The notes: generated by a model not told the origin, from the sequence alone. A stretch of DNA of 64,000 nt from a virus (IMGVR_UViG_3300036760_000193:27395-91394); one strand, 5' to 3'; counted from the stretch's first letter, positions 36,127-45,698 are shown. Numbers and translations are program-made.

Positions 36127-36554
36127 ATCTCTCCTTTAATTATAACTCAGGCAGTTTTGTAACTCCCACCAAACCGGCTCAACGAGCGGCCTTGAAAAGG
36201 CTACTGGTAGTACCCTACAAGTGTAGGGTGAGGCTAATTGTAAGTTATAATCGTTTGTTTCAAATCCTCTCTACTATCTCTTAGGCATTTGTAAGGGTAG
36301 ATGCCTCAGTTATAATTCCATATTTATAACGTTTTAGGCACGTTCTTAGGCATGTGCCCAGCTGTCAAAGAAGCAATATAACCTACTTTCTTATTGTGGC
36401 GTCCTCAACCTCATCCCAAGTAGTTTCTCTCGCTTTAGGGTCGTTCTGCTGCTCCTGATACAAGGATTTTTACGTAAGAAAGCTCTCACGTCACAGTACC
36501 CACAGGTACAGGTCTTGGTACAATTACAATTTGTATTGAACTTAAGCTTTTTCA
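36127..36554. other. 428-bp non-coding region with repeats and palindromes
   Basis: No ORF; palindrome CCCTACAagTGTAGGG (36213-36228); direct repeat tcttaggcat x2; hairpins AGGCAT..ATGCCT and GGCAC..GTGCC; minus-strand TATAAATA at 36321-36328. Confidence 0.5.
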
Positions 36555-36770
36555 TTAGCTCATCCCGTCCTTCTGGGCGTCAAAGAAGCTCAATGGGGTG
36601 TGGGCTTTCTCCACTATCCCGTCGATCTCGAACTCCCAATCGGTGTCTGATGTTATCTTCACCACCCTGATATCCCGTCCAAAGTATTGTGAGAAGATTA
36701 AGTCTCCTACTTTATATTCCATGCAACCTCCCAATCCAAAAGGGTGACGAGGCGATAAATAATACCACAA
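36555..36770 (-). CDS. hypothetical protein (71 aa)
   Basis: Minus ORF. Confidence 0.4.
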   Translation of the reverse strand: MWYYLSPRHPFGLGGCMEYKVGDLIFSQYFGRDIRVVKITSDTDWEFEIDGIVEKAHTPLSFFDAQKDGMS

Positions 36771-36806
36771 GTCCTAACCCTATAATGAATCCTATTATAA
36801 ATCCTT

Positions 36807-37028
36807 TCATGCACTTTCTCCTGCTTCTGGGTCTAAGTTGGGGTCGATCTCATCATCTAGGTCAAGGGTATCGTCTTCGTCTTCTGCTCCGACTTCTTCC
36901 ACCTTCGCATCCAAATCTATATTCTCATCCCACCCACAGTCCAAGCAATACAAATAGTCTTCGTAAGGTTCTCTGGCTATTTCTCCACCACATTCAGGGC
37001 AAGCTTTAGGGTCTTTCTTTTTGCTCAC
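36807..37028 (-). CDS. acidic zinc-ribbon protein (73 aa)
   Basis: CPECGG...CLDCG motif; D/E-rich tail. Confidence 0.45.
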   Translation of the reverse strand: MSKKKDPKACPECGGEIAREPYEDYLYCLDCGWDENIDLDAKVEEVGAEDEDDTLDLDDEIDPNLDPEAGESA

Positions 37029-37437
37029 GGCACTCCTCCAAAAGTTTAATGTTCTCTGTCTCTATAAGCTCTGCCATCACCAAAGGGGACTTCACTAACT
37101 TCGTATGCAGGTAATCATAAATATAATAGTGTCTCACATTGCCGCCATCTGCATCAAACCGTTCCTCTATACGCTTCATGTCGTCCACTACTTGCACCAT
37201 CATTACGGGGTCTTTTACCTTATCATCCCATGCTGCCATGTTTCGATAGACGATTAGCCCCTTGCCCATCAATGATGTTGTCGCTTTAACTAACTCATCA
37301 GGCAGCACTACAATCTTATGAAACGAAAACTGAATCCCTTCATCCCCAGCACTGTACATGGTCATGTTGTTGGCTCTCAACACCAGGCCAGTGATAGGTT
37401 CAATCAGAAAGATTGGAGCGATGTCTGTAGCGGTCAC
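37006..37437 (-). CDS. hypothetical protein (143 aa)
   Basis: Minus ORF. Confidence 0.45.
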   Translation of the reverse strand: MTATDIAPIFLIEPITGLVLRANNMTMYSAGDEGIQFSFHKIVVLPDELVKATTSLMGKGLIVYRNMAAWDDKVKDPVMMVQVVDDMKRIEERFDADGGNVRHYYIYDYLHTKLVKSPLVMAELIETENIKLLEECREQKERP

Positions 37438-37585
37438 GCACTTTCTCCAATGCCCAAAGAGTTAAGTCCCAGGCTATGTCCGTTGGTACTGTCCAGCACA
37501 AGAACACAATCCATTCTTTAGGATTCTCTTTGAAGTCTTCCCATAACAAACCTAAAAGAGTTTCAATGGGTCGAATGATAATCAT
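37400..37585 (-). CDS. hypothetical protein (61 aa)
   Basis: Minus ORF. Confidence 0.35.
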   Translation of the reverse strand: MIIIRPIETLLGLLWEDFKENPKEWIVFLCWTVPTDIAWDLTLWALEKVRDRYRHRSNLSD

Positions 37586-37687
37586 AAATTGTGGGCTAGG
37601 TCATTCCCGTAGCCAATGTCGCTCGACCTGAGACTGCTCATCGGGGGGTGGAGCATATCTCTCATTGGTTAGCCCGAACGGGTCTTC

Positions 37688-38821
37688 TTATATCTCTTTG
37701 GAACTTCTCACCATCTTGGCCGTGATCGCTGTCACTTCGCGTCTCGACACTAACACTTTGCAATAGGCTGAGGGTAGCTTCGACATAAACGTTGCTATGA
37801 TCTCTCCAGGAGCCTTCTGCATAAACTTTATGATGTTCTCTATTCTGTCATTGGTTGGGCTGTCATTAGCAAACATTTCTGCTGACATTTCAGTAAGAGT
37901 CGCATCCCATTCAGGAATCTTCTGCCCTTGTAGTTTGTGTGACACTTCGTCGTACCTATCAAGAACGTCGATGCCACGTACAGGGCGTTTGTACTCTTCG
38001 TTGATCCACTTCTCCAATGCCACTGCCGCCACATTACCCAAGAATCCCACAGCTACTTCATTAAAGATTTCCTGCGGTATCACTCCAGAGTCCATGTAGT
38101 CTCCCAACATGGTGTATTGGTCTGGTGTGTGTTCCAACTCTAATTCAATCTTCTCTTCATTCACAAGAAGGTTAGGATGCTGGGCAATAAAGCCTCGAAT
38201 CTTCTCATTGATGTCGGCCTTGGTCGCCCATCGCAACCAAATGTCTTCGTTGGTTCTCACCTTGATAACACAGAACCGACGGAACATGGCTTTGTCTAGG
38301 GTCTCGACTTGGTATTGTCCGTTGTCTGGGTTGATCGCGGCCACAATGAACCAACCTTTAGGAAGATTATGTGTATGCAGACGACGCTCTTTTACCAACT
38401 GGAAGATAGCTTGTCGCACATCGGTAGGCGCACGGTTAAGCTCATCCAAGAATAGAATGCCTCTTGTCCCTTCTTCGGGGAACCATTCGGGCTGAGCATG
38501 GGACAACACTTTGTACGCTTTCTTAAAAAGCTTTGAAATCTTATCAAGCAGGAAAGGATAACCAACAAGGTCGGCGGGTTCTTGCGTAGCAAGTCTCAGG
38601 TCTACGAATCCAAAGTTCTCTCGAAGTGTCTCTATATCTTTTGGATTGGTAAGATCAAATGACTTGGTGCCAAAATTGCCAAGCTCCACTGCAAGCTCGT
38701 TCACAACCTGCTCCACGATCTGTGTCTTACCTATTCCCATCTGTCCTACCATGAGAATGCCATGCCTTACTTGCGCTCTAGCACACCGTTTGATTAGTTC
38801 TTTTGCTTGGTCAATCCACAT
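37688..38821 (-). CDS. MoxR-like AAA+ ATPase (AAA_5 family, 377 aa)
   Basis: Walker A GQMGIGKT, Walker B ILFLDELNRA, arginine finger/sensor region. Confidence 0.7.
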   Translation of the reverse strand: MWIDQAKELIKRCARAQVRHGILMVGQMGIGKTQIVEQVVNELAVELGNFGTKSFDLTNPKDIETLRENFGFVDLRLATQEPADLVGYPFLLDKISKLFKKAYKVLSHAQPEWFPEEGTRGILFLDELNRAPTDVRQAIFQLVKERRLHTHNLPKGWFIVAAINPDNGQYQVETLDKAMFRRFCVIKVRTNEDIWLRWATKADINEKIRGFIAQHPNLLVNEEKIELELEHTPDQYTMLGDYMDSGVIPQEIFNEVAVGFLGNVAAVALEKWINEEYKRPVRGIDVLDRYDEVSHKLQGQKIPEWDATLTEMSAEMFANDSPTNDRIENIIKFMQKAPGEIIATFMSKLPSAYCKVLVSRREVTAITAKMVRSSKEI

Positions 38822-38864
38822 ATTTTCCCTCCGATTTATATTGTACGTATTTGTCTTTCAAAAG

Positions 38865-40082
38865 TCAATCCATATTTTGCTGTTTTCTATCCAGCACAAG
38901 AACATCGCCCCAAGGGGCTTTCATATTGGCGTCTATCGTAACCCATAGGGTAGGGTATCGGGGCGCATGGTCAGGAAATGTACCACATAAATCCGTGAAG
39001 TAAACAAGCAAATCTGTCTCCACTCTCTTTTCTGCAATGTGGTCAAAGACGGGCACGAATGATGTACCTCCACGACCTTTGAACTTGGGGTCAACCTTCG
39101 TATGTGGAGTCAGTTTGTAAACCTTCTGCACTTCTGCATCGCACTCAATAATAGTGATCTTGCTCTTGTATGATCTCATAATGCCTTGAATTTCCACCAT
39201 GAAAGCCTGTAAGTCCGCATCGGATACGCTGCCACTGGTGTCTATTGCTACGGTTATAAGAAGCTTGCGGGTCGGAATCTTTCCTTTCTGTGTCATCCCG
39301 AACCGTCTGTTAGGCCACTTCCAACTGTACTTGAAGGATGCCTTCACTCTCAACCCAACCCATTTACGGAGAAGTCGATGCCAAGGTAACACTGGCGGCT
39401 TAAACAACTGGTCAATATCGTCTTGGAGTTTGCCAGGCACTTTACCCTTTAAGCGTTGGGTTTCATCCACCGCTTTCTTAACCGTCTGCCGAATAACCTC
39501 TTCTGCTATGTCTTGGCTGTCCCCTTCTTTGTCTCCCCACTTCCCGTGATTGCCAGGAGCGTCCATGTCGAACTCTCCATGCGTAGAACCATCAGAGTTT
39601 TTGATCGTAACCTTGGTTGTTCCATCACTATTTTGAGAGAATGAAATTTGTTTTTGATGTTGCTTAAGAACATTGTAGTAATACTCGGCTGGTTTGCCCT
39701 TGTGCATTTTCCAATCTGGCGGGTACTTATCCGTAGTGTAAACCCAATCAGGTAGATTCTGAATGTCCTGGTTCACGGCTAGGTCAGCGGCTATGTTCCA
39801 TAGTTCTCTCTGCCGTCCACCCAAGCGGTTCAAATGGTTCTTGATAAGGTGGTGACACTCATGCTCCAAGATAGCTACACGTTGCTTAATATCTGAAAGC
39901 TCTTTCCACTTCTCAGGGTTCCAGTACATTTCTATGTACCCGTTCTTAATCCCCACGGCTGCTGCAAATGGTAGATCAGGTCTAGCGATACGGCGCATCT
40001 GTGTAAGGAGACGGGCGTAGAACACTCCGTCATTTCTCAAAAGGTGTACAACAACCTTTTCGATGTCCTCCATGTCACTCAT
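38865..40082 (-). CDS. VWA-domain protein with an N-terminal HExxH putative metallopeptidase domain (DUF2201-like, 405 aa)
   Basis: HECHH motif in the N-terminal half; MIDAS motif VAIDTSGSV in the C-terminal half. Confidence 0.6.
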   Translation of the reverse strand: MSDMEDIEKVVVHLLRNDGVFYARLLTQMRRIARPDLPFAAAVGIKNGYIEMYWNPEKWKELSDIKQRVAILEHECHHLIKNHLNRLGGRQRELWNIAADLAVNQDIQNLPDWVYTTDKYPPDWKMHKGKPAEYYYNVLKQHQKQISFSQNSDGTTKVTIKNSDGSTHGEFDMDAPGNHGKWGDKEGDSQDIAEEVIRQTVKKAVDETQRLKGKVPGKLQDDIDQLFKPPVLPWHRLLRKWVGLRVKASFKYSWKWPNRRFGMTQKGKIPTRKLLITVAIDTSGSVSDADLQAFMVEIQGIMRSYKSKITIIECDAEVQKVYKLTPHTKVDPKFKGRGGTSFVPVFDHIAEKRVETDLLVYFTDLCGTFPDHAPRYPTLWVTIDANMKAPWGDVLVLDRKQQNMD

Positions 40083-40773
40083 CTGTTAACCTATCCTTGG
40101 TATGTGGCATTTCGTAAAGTGTATCAACCAACTCTGCCAATTTCAACGTGGGCATTTTCTCATGCAGTCTCTCAACAAGTGTTCGTACACGAATAGTTCC
40201 TACTCGTTCTTTCAATTCCACACTTTCTAGCTTCAATGTATCGGTGCAAAGCTTTAATCTATCTTTGAACTCTGGCAATCTCAAACGATAAGCTACAAAG
40301 CAATCATCTGTAATCAATATGGAACTCGCATCACATGACTGAACCTGATAGGTTCCCTTCTCTAAAAATCTACTGCCACTGGGACTGTTGATAAGTTTCT
40401 TTACCAACCGCCCATTCTCATCGTACTTGTTCTCAACATTCTCTACAAGGTTCACTTTATCTCCACTTCGTATCAACGGAAAGGTGTAGTACGGACTCAT
40501 ACCTGTTAGAATTTCTAAAAAGTTGTTCTCAATAAAGTTTGCGCCTTTTTGAGTTAGCTGCATGACGGCCATTTCTTTGTTCTCTACCTTGTCTTTGTAC
40601 ACCACAGCGTAGTTATGTTTCTGAATGTCATCGAAAAAGGATTTCTGAGTGAAGACCTCACCTAGATCGAATATCCCATGCTTGTAAGAATTAAGAAGAA
40701 ACGGAATTGCTGCTGCCGTTAGGTCTTTCTTAACGAAAATGATAGAAATACTATTGGGGGTTTTGGGTTCCAT
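40075..40773 (-). CDS. hypothetical protein (232 aa)
   Basis: Minus ORF. Confidence 0.45.
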   Translation of the reverse strand: MEPKTPNSISIIFVKKDLTAAAIPFLLNSYKHGIFDLGEVFTQKSFFDDIQKHNYAVVYKDKVENKEMAVMQLTQKGANFIENNFLEILTGMSPYYTFPLIRSGDKVNLVENVENKYDENGRLVKKLINSPSGSRFLEKGTYQVQSCDASSILITDDCFVAYRLRLPEFKDRLKLCTDTLKLESVELKERVGTIRVRTLVERLHEKMPTLKLAELVDTLYEMPHTKDRLTDE

Positions 40774-41476
40774 CGACTGATTCTTTGCGCTCTTGAGTGG
40801 CGGCTTTTATAATCTCTCTAAGCTTTTGTTCTAATGAAACAGTGAACTCTTGAAACTTTATATCACCGTGGAAGGATTGGTAAATAACCAAAATATTATC
40901 TAACAGTTCGTCTACTAATCCTTCAAGATAAAGCTGCATGTCCTTTTCATCTTCTTTGTTCAGTTCTTTTCCATATTCGATACTCTTTTCCAAAATGGTT
41001 CTGATGCTTGTTACATAAGAAGAGATCGCATTTTCTAGTTGGGCACTTGGTAGCCCCGTAGACTGAGCACGTTCTAAGAATTGAATACGACCTTCACAAA
41101 ACTCTTTCCAGTATTCTAGCTGTTCTTTGGTGGAACCGCGATCATTATTCAAAACTGAATCAACAATGTTTGCTCCGTGTCGAAACCCCTCTTGCAATGA
41201 AGATGCTGTTTGTCTTTCAATTTCTGCTTCGCGCATTAGATCATCATAATGACGATCAATATATAATTGATAAGTGCCACGGCTGGATGGTATAATGTCA
41301 TTGAAGGTGGGAAACTTCTTTTCAAATTCCGTTTTTGTTTTCACCGCTCCATATCCTACTTTAATGATACTATGCAAAATATCCTTCATGGCCTGTGGAA
41401 GGTCTTCTAATTTAGTATTGTGTATGGGGGCTGGCTCAGGGGCTGGCGGCGGGGTTATTGGCTGTTCTTCATTCAT
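40751..41476 (-). CDS. hypothetical protein with a Pro-rich N-terminus (241 aa)
   Basis: Minus ORF. Confidence 0.45.
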   Translation of the reverse strand: MNEEQPITPPPAPEPAPIHNTKLEDLPQAMKDILHSIIKVGYGAVKTKTEFEKKFPTFNDIIPSSRGTYQLYIDRHYDDLMREAEIERQTASSLQEGFRHGANIVDSVLNNDRGSTKEQLEYWKEFCEGRIQFLERAQSTGLPSAQLENAISSYVTSIRTILEKSIEYGKELNKEDEKDMQLYLEGLVDELLDNILVIYQSFHGDIKFQEFTVSLEQKLREIIKAATQERKESVDGTQNPQ

Positions 41477-42861
41477 TGTAAGTCCTTGTTGGCACGACCT
41501 CGAATGTCTTCCAGGGTCTGTGTTCGTATAATCTCTCCGTTCTCATACACCAATTCCAATAGATCGGTGTGGTGTGACGGGTCTACACTACCTTCACGTA
41601 CTGTCCAAATCTCTCCAGGGTTTGGCTCGACAAGGATGAGACGCCCCGCCTTGCTCTTCTTACCTGGGTCTGTAATGGGATTCTTTGATACAGGAATATG
41701 TTTCCCATCAATTGTAATTTCACTGCACTTCAAAGCGAACTTTTGAGTATCACGGTTCAATTGTTGCAGAAGTGCCCCACCCATTCCAAAAGCAATGTTG
41801 GTTGCGCTATAGCCATCATCCGTGGCGGTCTTAAGAATCTCATTGATACTGTCCTGATTGATTCCATCCCCCTGAATAACTCGAACATTGTTCAGAACTT
41901 TATAGCCTTTGGTATTTACTGTAACACCGAACTTCGTTTCAAGCAATCGCAAGGTTTCCAAAACGATCTCAGGCGGATTGCCAGAGTCAGGACGAATAAT
42001 AACCGTCGCTCCTGAATTTATAACCTCATTCTTAAGAATCTCTCCCCATAAATGCTCAACTGCATTCCATAAATTGTACGAATCAGATACCACAGCCACA
42101 AGGCTACCAGGTTTTGCGAACTGTGTCAACATATTTCTGAAAGCATCTACCTCATGTTCTTTACCCCAAGCAGTGATTGTAGAATGTTCTGCCGCTGGTA
42201 TCGAAAATCCCGCCATGCCAGCTTGATAGTATTTGTTAGCGCACCATACGCCAGCGCATGTATCAGAACCCATGAAGTTAACAAGGTGAGAAGCCCCGCC
42301 AATGGATGCTGACTCTTGGCTCGACACTCCACGGGAACCAAAGTCATGAAGTTTGAAATTGATTTCAGCATCAGGATTGTCTGCGGTCTTTTTCAAATAT
42401 CCATAAATCAATCGTTTGATATGCCAGCTTTGGGTAGCCACAGTGATAGGATACCACATACGCATCAACATGGTCTCGAACCAGGATACCAACCAAAAGC
42501 ATTTAGGGTCTTGGCATTCCACAGTCATCAAAACGTTATGGGTTGGAACTACCAAACCTTCTGGCACTGCTCGAATCCTAAGCGGTATCTTGCCGCCCAA
42601 TTGCTCAACAACATACATCCACCCTTCCAATGGGAATGGTTCCCCATGACCTGCAAAGAAGGCTTGCGCTTCCAATACCATTTCTTTCGTTATACTAACA
42701 GTCAGGTATTTCTGCAAAATATATTGTAACCCAAAGAACACAGTACGATCATACTTTCCCCCACGGCTCTCCACGTATGAATACATACCAGTGGTCTTAG
42801 GTGGGTACTGCAAATGATGGGACGCCTTATACGAGTCTGTGTCAATAATGATGTTGTCCAT
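41473..42861 (-). CDS. nadV: nicotinamide phosphoribosyltransferase (NAMPT/NadV, 462 aa)
   Basis: N-terminal IIDTDSYKASHH (the NAMPT TDSYK motif); length and conserved blocks match NAMPT. Confidence 0.8.
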   Translation of the reverse strand: MDNIIIDTDSYKASHHLQYPPKTTGMYSYVESRGGKYDRTVFFGLQYILQKYLTVSITKEMVLEAQAFFAGHGEPFPLEGWMYVVEQLGGKIPLRIRAVPEGLVVPTHNVLMTVECQDPKCFWLVSWFETMLMRMWYPITVATQSWHIKRLIYGYLKKTADNPDAEINFKLHDFGSRGVSSQESASIGGASHLVNFMGSDTCAGVWCANKYYQAGMAGFSIPAAEHSTITAWGKEHEVDAFRNMLTQFAKPGSLVAVVSDSYNLWNAVEHLWGEILKNEVINSGATVIIRPDSGNPPEIVLETLRLLETKFGVTVNTKGYKVLNNVRVIQGDGINQDSINEILKTATDDGYSATNIAFGMGGALLQQLNRDTQKFALKCSEITIDGKHIPVSKNPITDPGKKSKAGRLILVEPNPGEIWTVREGSVDPSHHTDLLELVYENGEIIRTQTLEDIRGRANKDLQ

Positions 42862-43575
42862 TTATTGCTCCTGGTTTACTTTTAAGAATCGGCTATCGGA
42901 ATTTTCTATGATAACCTTGGCGATCCGACGAATCTCAATTATTTCTTGATTGATACGTTGTTTGGTGATTCCAAATTTCTGTGCAATGAATAGGTTGGTA
43001 GCCTTTGGTGTTCCCGACTTACTGAATGGCATACCGAACAACTCAGGCGCAACCAATACATCTAGGATAAACCCTTGACGTTCTGTCAAACGGGCTTTAA
43101 TGATTGACAGAAGTTGTTCATGTTCAATATTATACGTATTATCTTTCATGGAAAGCATAGTGGAAAGATTCTTAACTTGGCCTCGCTCCGCCGCATTAGC
43201 TTCAATCACACTCTCGTTTATGATTTGCGCTTTAGGCATACGTTTTTTCTGAACGTTCTTCCATGTTCCATCTTTGTAAACATGCCCAGCGGATATTAAC
43301 GCATTCACAATAGATCGGTGAAGAAGCGTATTGAAAAGAGTGCGTCCCGCTTTCGGAAGATGTTTACGTTTCGCTGGATCAAACTTAAAGTTGGGATCAT
43401 AATGTCTTGACACACGAATCAGAACACGAACGGCAATGTTCTCTTTTTCGTCGTCAAACAATACCGATGACTTAAACGACTGTGCTATAGTCAAAGCGTC
43501 TTCATAGTATTTAGAAACTAATTCCCGCTGAGTTGGTGTTAACTCTTGTGGTGTTTCGACGATTTCTTCATTCAT
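42862..43575 (-). CDS. putative sigma-70-family sigma factor-like protein (237 aa)
   Basis: C-terminal QKFGITKQRINQEIIEIRRIAK resembles a sigma region-4.2 HTH. Confidence 0.35.
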   Translation of the reverse strand: MNEEIVETPQELTPTQRELVSKYYEDALTIAQSFKSSVLFDDEKENIAVRVLIRVSRHYDPNFKFDPAKRKHLPKAGRTLFNTLLHRSIVNALISAGHVYKDGTWKNVQKKRMPKAQIINESVIEANAAERGQVKNLSTMLSMKDNTYNIEHEQLLSIIKARLTERQGFILDVLVAPELFGMPFSKSGTPKATNLFIAQKFGITKQRINQEIIEIRRIAKVIIENSDSRFLKVNQEQ

Positions 43576-44537
43576 AAGTCCCCCTTATCTTGTATGCCTT
43601 CATCAATGAAGGTCTCACCTTCCAAGTCGTCGCGGCGACCTTTCGAGTCTTTTTTTCCAAGATGCTGCAACAACGCTGTCCACAAAATCTTGTGAGATTC
43701 ATAAACAAGCTTTAATGTAGCATTGTTTATTGGATAGAACGCCACGTCTTGCAACTCTTCCGTACTTTCTGGATTCCCCCAGGTATGCTTTGCTACAAAA
43801 AACGATGTGATAATACGCTCATCTTTGGTGTATCTCCAATCATTCATCTGAAAACTGCCAACGTAATGCAACGCATCAGCACCCAGGCCAGATACCGTGG
43901 TCTCTTCGTCAAGCTCTCGTACTGCTGCCATCTCCAAGCTTTCATCTGCTGGGTCTACGAACCCACCAGGGAACACCAATGCCCCACCGACAGCCTTGCG
44001 CCCCAACAGAACCTTGTTGCCCTTCACTACAGCAATATCTATCGTCATGTGAAGTCTTGGATATTGGTTTTGCGTCGAATAGATGATCCCCGCTCGAAAG
44101 TCCGAACTGTTACGAATTGTCTTACCAGCGTCTTTACGAATGCTCGTACCAGATACATCGGGGAAGTTCTCGATCTTGCATGTCTTAAGACTTCCATCGT
44201 ACTGCTTCAAAAATGAGTCCTTGCCGCCATATAAACAAACTGTACCCATTGGGAACACTGTACGAATCATAACGTCCAGATTCTTGCTCCACTCTTTATT
44301 GGTTGGTCTGTCCATCAATGGCACCACAATGACATTAGGGAAGTCTGTCTGAATCATCTTAGCACGGCTTGTAAAGTCTAATGGGTCAACCTTCGTACCC
44401 AAGGTGGGAGCGACTCCCAGGAATACCAAAACATTCTTGGCCTCACTGGAAACAAACTCAAGCAGTTTCTTGTGTCCAACGTGAAGCTCTGGCACCTGGA
44501 ACCGCCCGACCACTACCCCAATGTCGTATTTAGTCAT
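43572..44537 (-). CDS. natV: bifunctional NMN adenylyltransferase + Nudix hydrolase (NatV-like)
   Basis: GRFQVPELHVGH (cytidylyltransferase H/TxGH) plus a Nudix box GGFVDPADESLEMAAVRELDEET; start set to ATG 44537 (GGGAGAG SD). Confidence 0.75.
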   Translation of the reverse strand: MTKYDIGVVVGRFQVPELHVGHKKLLEFVSSEAKNVLVFLGVAPTLGTKVDPLDFTSRAKMIQTDFPNVIVVPLMDRPTNKEWSKNLDVMIRTVFPMGTVCLYGGKDSFLKQYDGSLKTCKIENFPDVSGTSIRKDAGKTIRNSSDFRAGIIYSTQNQYPRLHMTIDIAVVKGNKVLLGRKAVGGALVFPGGFVDPADESLEMAAVRELDEETTVSGLGADALHYVGSFQMNDWRYTKDERIITSFFVAKHTWGNPESTEELQDVAFYPINNATLKLVYESHKILWTALLQHLGKKDSKGRRDDLEGETFIDEGIQDKGDL

Positions 44538-45441
44538 TTGATTCTCTCCCGTTATGCGCCCGTTTGATATCAAGAATCCGCCGCAACTGATCGCGGGTTA
44601 ACCCCGACAACTCCAAGCTATAGGTATCATAGTTGATGTTGTATTCAAGCTTCCCCTCTTTGATATAAAAAGATGCACGATTGCCCGTTACATACACATC
44701 TTTCGCTTCTGGAAACTCCACGGCCATCTTTTCTTTAACAACTGTGTCCGTCTCTTTTTGCTGAACTCGCGCTTCATACTTCGACTGCAACTCTTGAACG
44801 AACTCTGTAACCTTGGTATTGATTTTGGTTGCTAGGTCTTTTGTGGTTGGCGTCCAATTCTTCTTGAAGCTGACAGTCCAATCGTCTGAATCAATACGGA
44901 TATACGTTTTGTATCCCGTATGATGATAATGACCGTTACCTTTTAGATTGGCGAACACTCGAATTTTCTTATTGTAAGACGGATGATCTTCGGGGAACAC
45001 TTGAATCTTAATTTCAAAAGCATTTTTTTCCCAGCCATTGTCCTTCACCAATTCATAAACAAATGAATTTTTGACAGCAAATAGACCATCCAACTGATAG
45101 AAAAGCCGTTGAATCACGGCATTGGCTTCTCTCCGCGCTCTCTCATAGGGTGATTGTTTTGGCTCTTCCACTTTTTTCTCCACGACAGGTGGTGGTATGG
45201 GCTTAGCTTCTTCTTCTTTTACAGGATGAATCCCATAGACTCTTGTCAAATTAAATTCTTGAATCAACGCATTGGCCTGGACTGTTCCATGTTCGGATGC
45301 CACGCCACTAAGAACCAAACCCACAATATTATGTGAAAAAGGTCCTTTCTGTCTGATCGCCTTACGAATCTGCTCCCGCGCTTCGTCTAAACTTTCAATC
45401 CCGATTTTCATAAATCCCCCGTTATTTAGGTTCGACTTCAA
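44530..45441 (-). CDS. hypothetical protein (303 aa)
   Basis: Minus ORF. Confidence 0.45.
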   Translation of the reverse strand: MKSNLNNGGFMKIGIESLDEAREQIRKAIRQKGPFSHNIVGLVLSGVASEHGTVQANALIQEFNLTRVYGIHPVKEEEAKPIPPPVVEKKVEEPKQSPYERARREANAVIQRLFYQLDGLFAVKNSFVYELVKDNGWEKNAFEIKIQVFPEDHPSYNKKIRVFANLKGNGHYHHTGYKTYIRIDSDDWTVSFKKNWTPTTKDLATKINTKVTEFVQELQSKYEARVQQKETDTVVKEKMAVEFPEAKDVYVTGNRASFYIKEGKLEYNINYDTYSLELSGLTRDQLRRILDIKRAHNGRESND

Positions 45442-45643
45442 CGACCTGCACTGACCCCTTCGCGTCTGTGTAAATATAATCCCCTAAACTCTTTGACACT
45501 TTGTCCAACAGTTCCCGAATGGTCTCTGGATTCTCACTGCTCGAATTGACGCTCACCAGCACCCGAAACTCTTGAGATACAACGTTGCGTTTAGCCTCGA
45601 ACTTGTGATCTACAAAGTCCTTCGCTTCATCTAGAACGCTCAT
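45422..45643 (-). CDS. hypothetical protein (73 aa)
   Basis: AAGGAG SD; promoter P10 upstream. Confidence 0.45.
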   Translation of the reverse strand: MSVLDEAKDFVDHKFEAKRNVVSQEFRVLVSVNSSSENPETIRELLDKVSKSLGDYIYTDAKGSVQVVEVEPK

Positions 45644-45669
45644 GGGAGTCTCCTTTTTACGTATACCCC

Positions 45670-45698
45670 ATTATACACCCAAAATGGGGGTTTGTCAA
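45670..45698 (-). promoter_or_regulatory. sigma70-type promoter P10 (TTGACA-17-TATAAT)
   Basis: Plus attata 45670-45675, tgtcaa 45693-45698. Confidence 0.55.
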
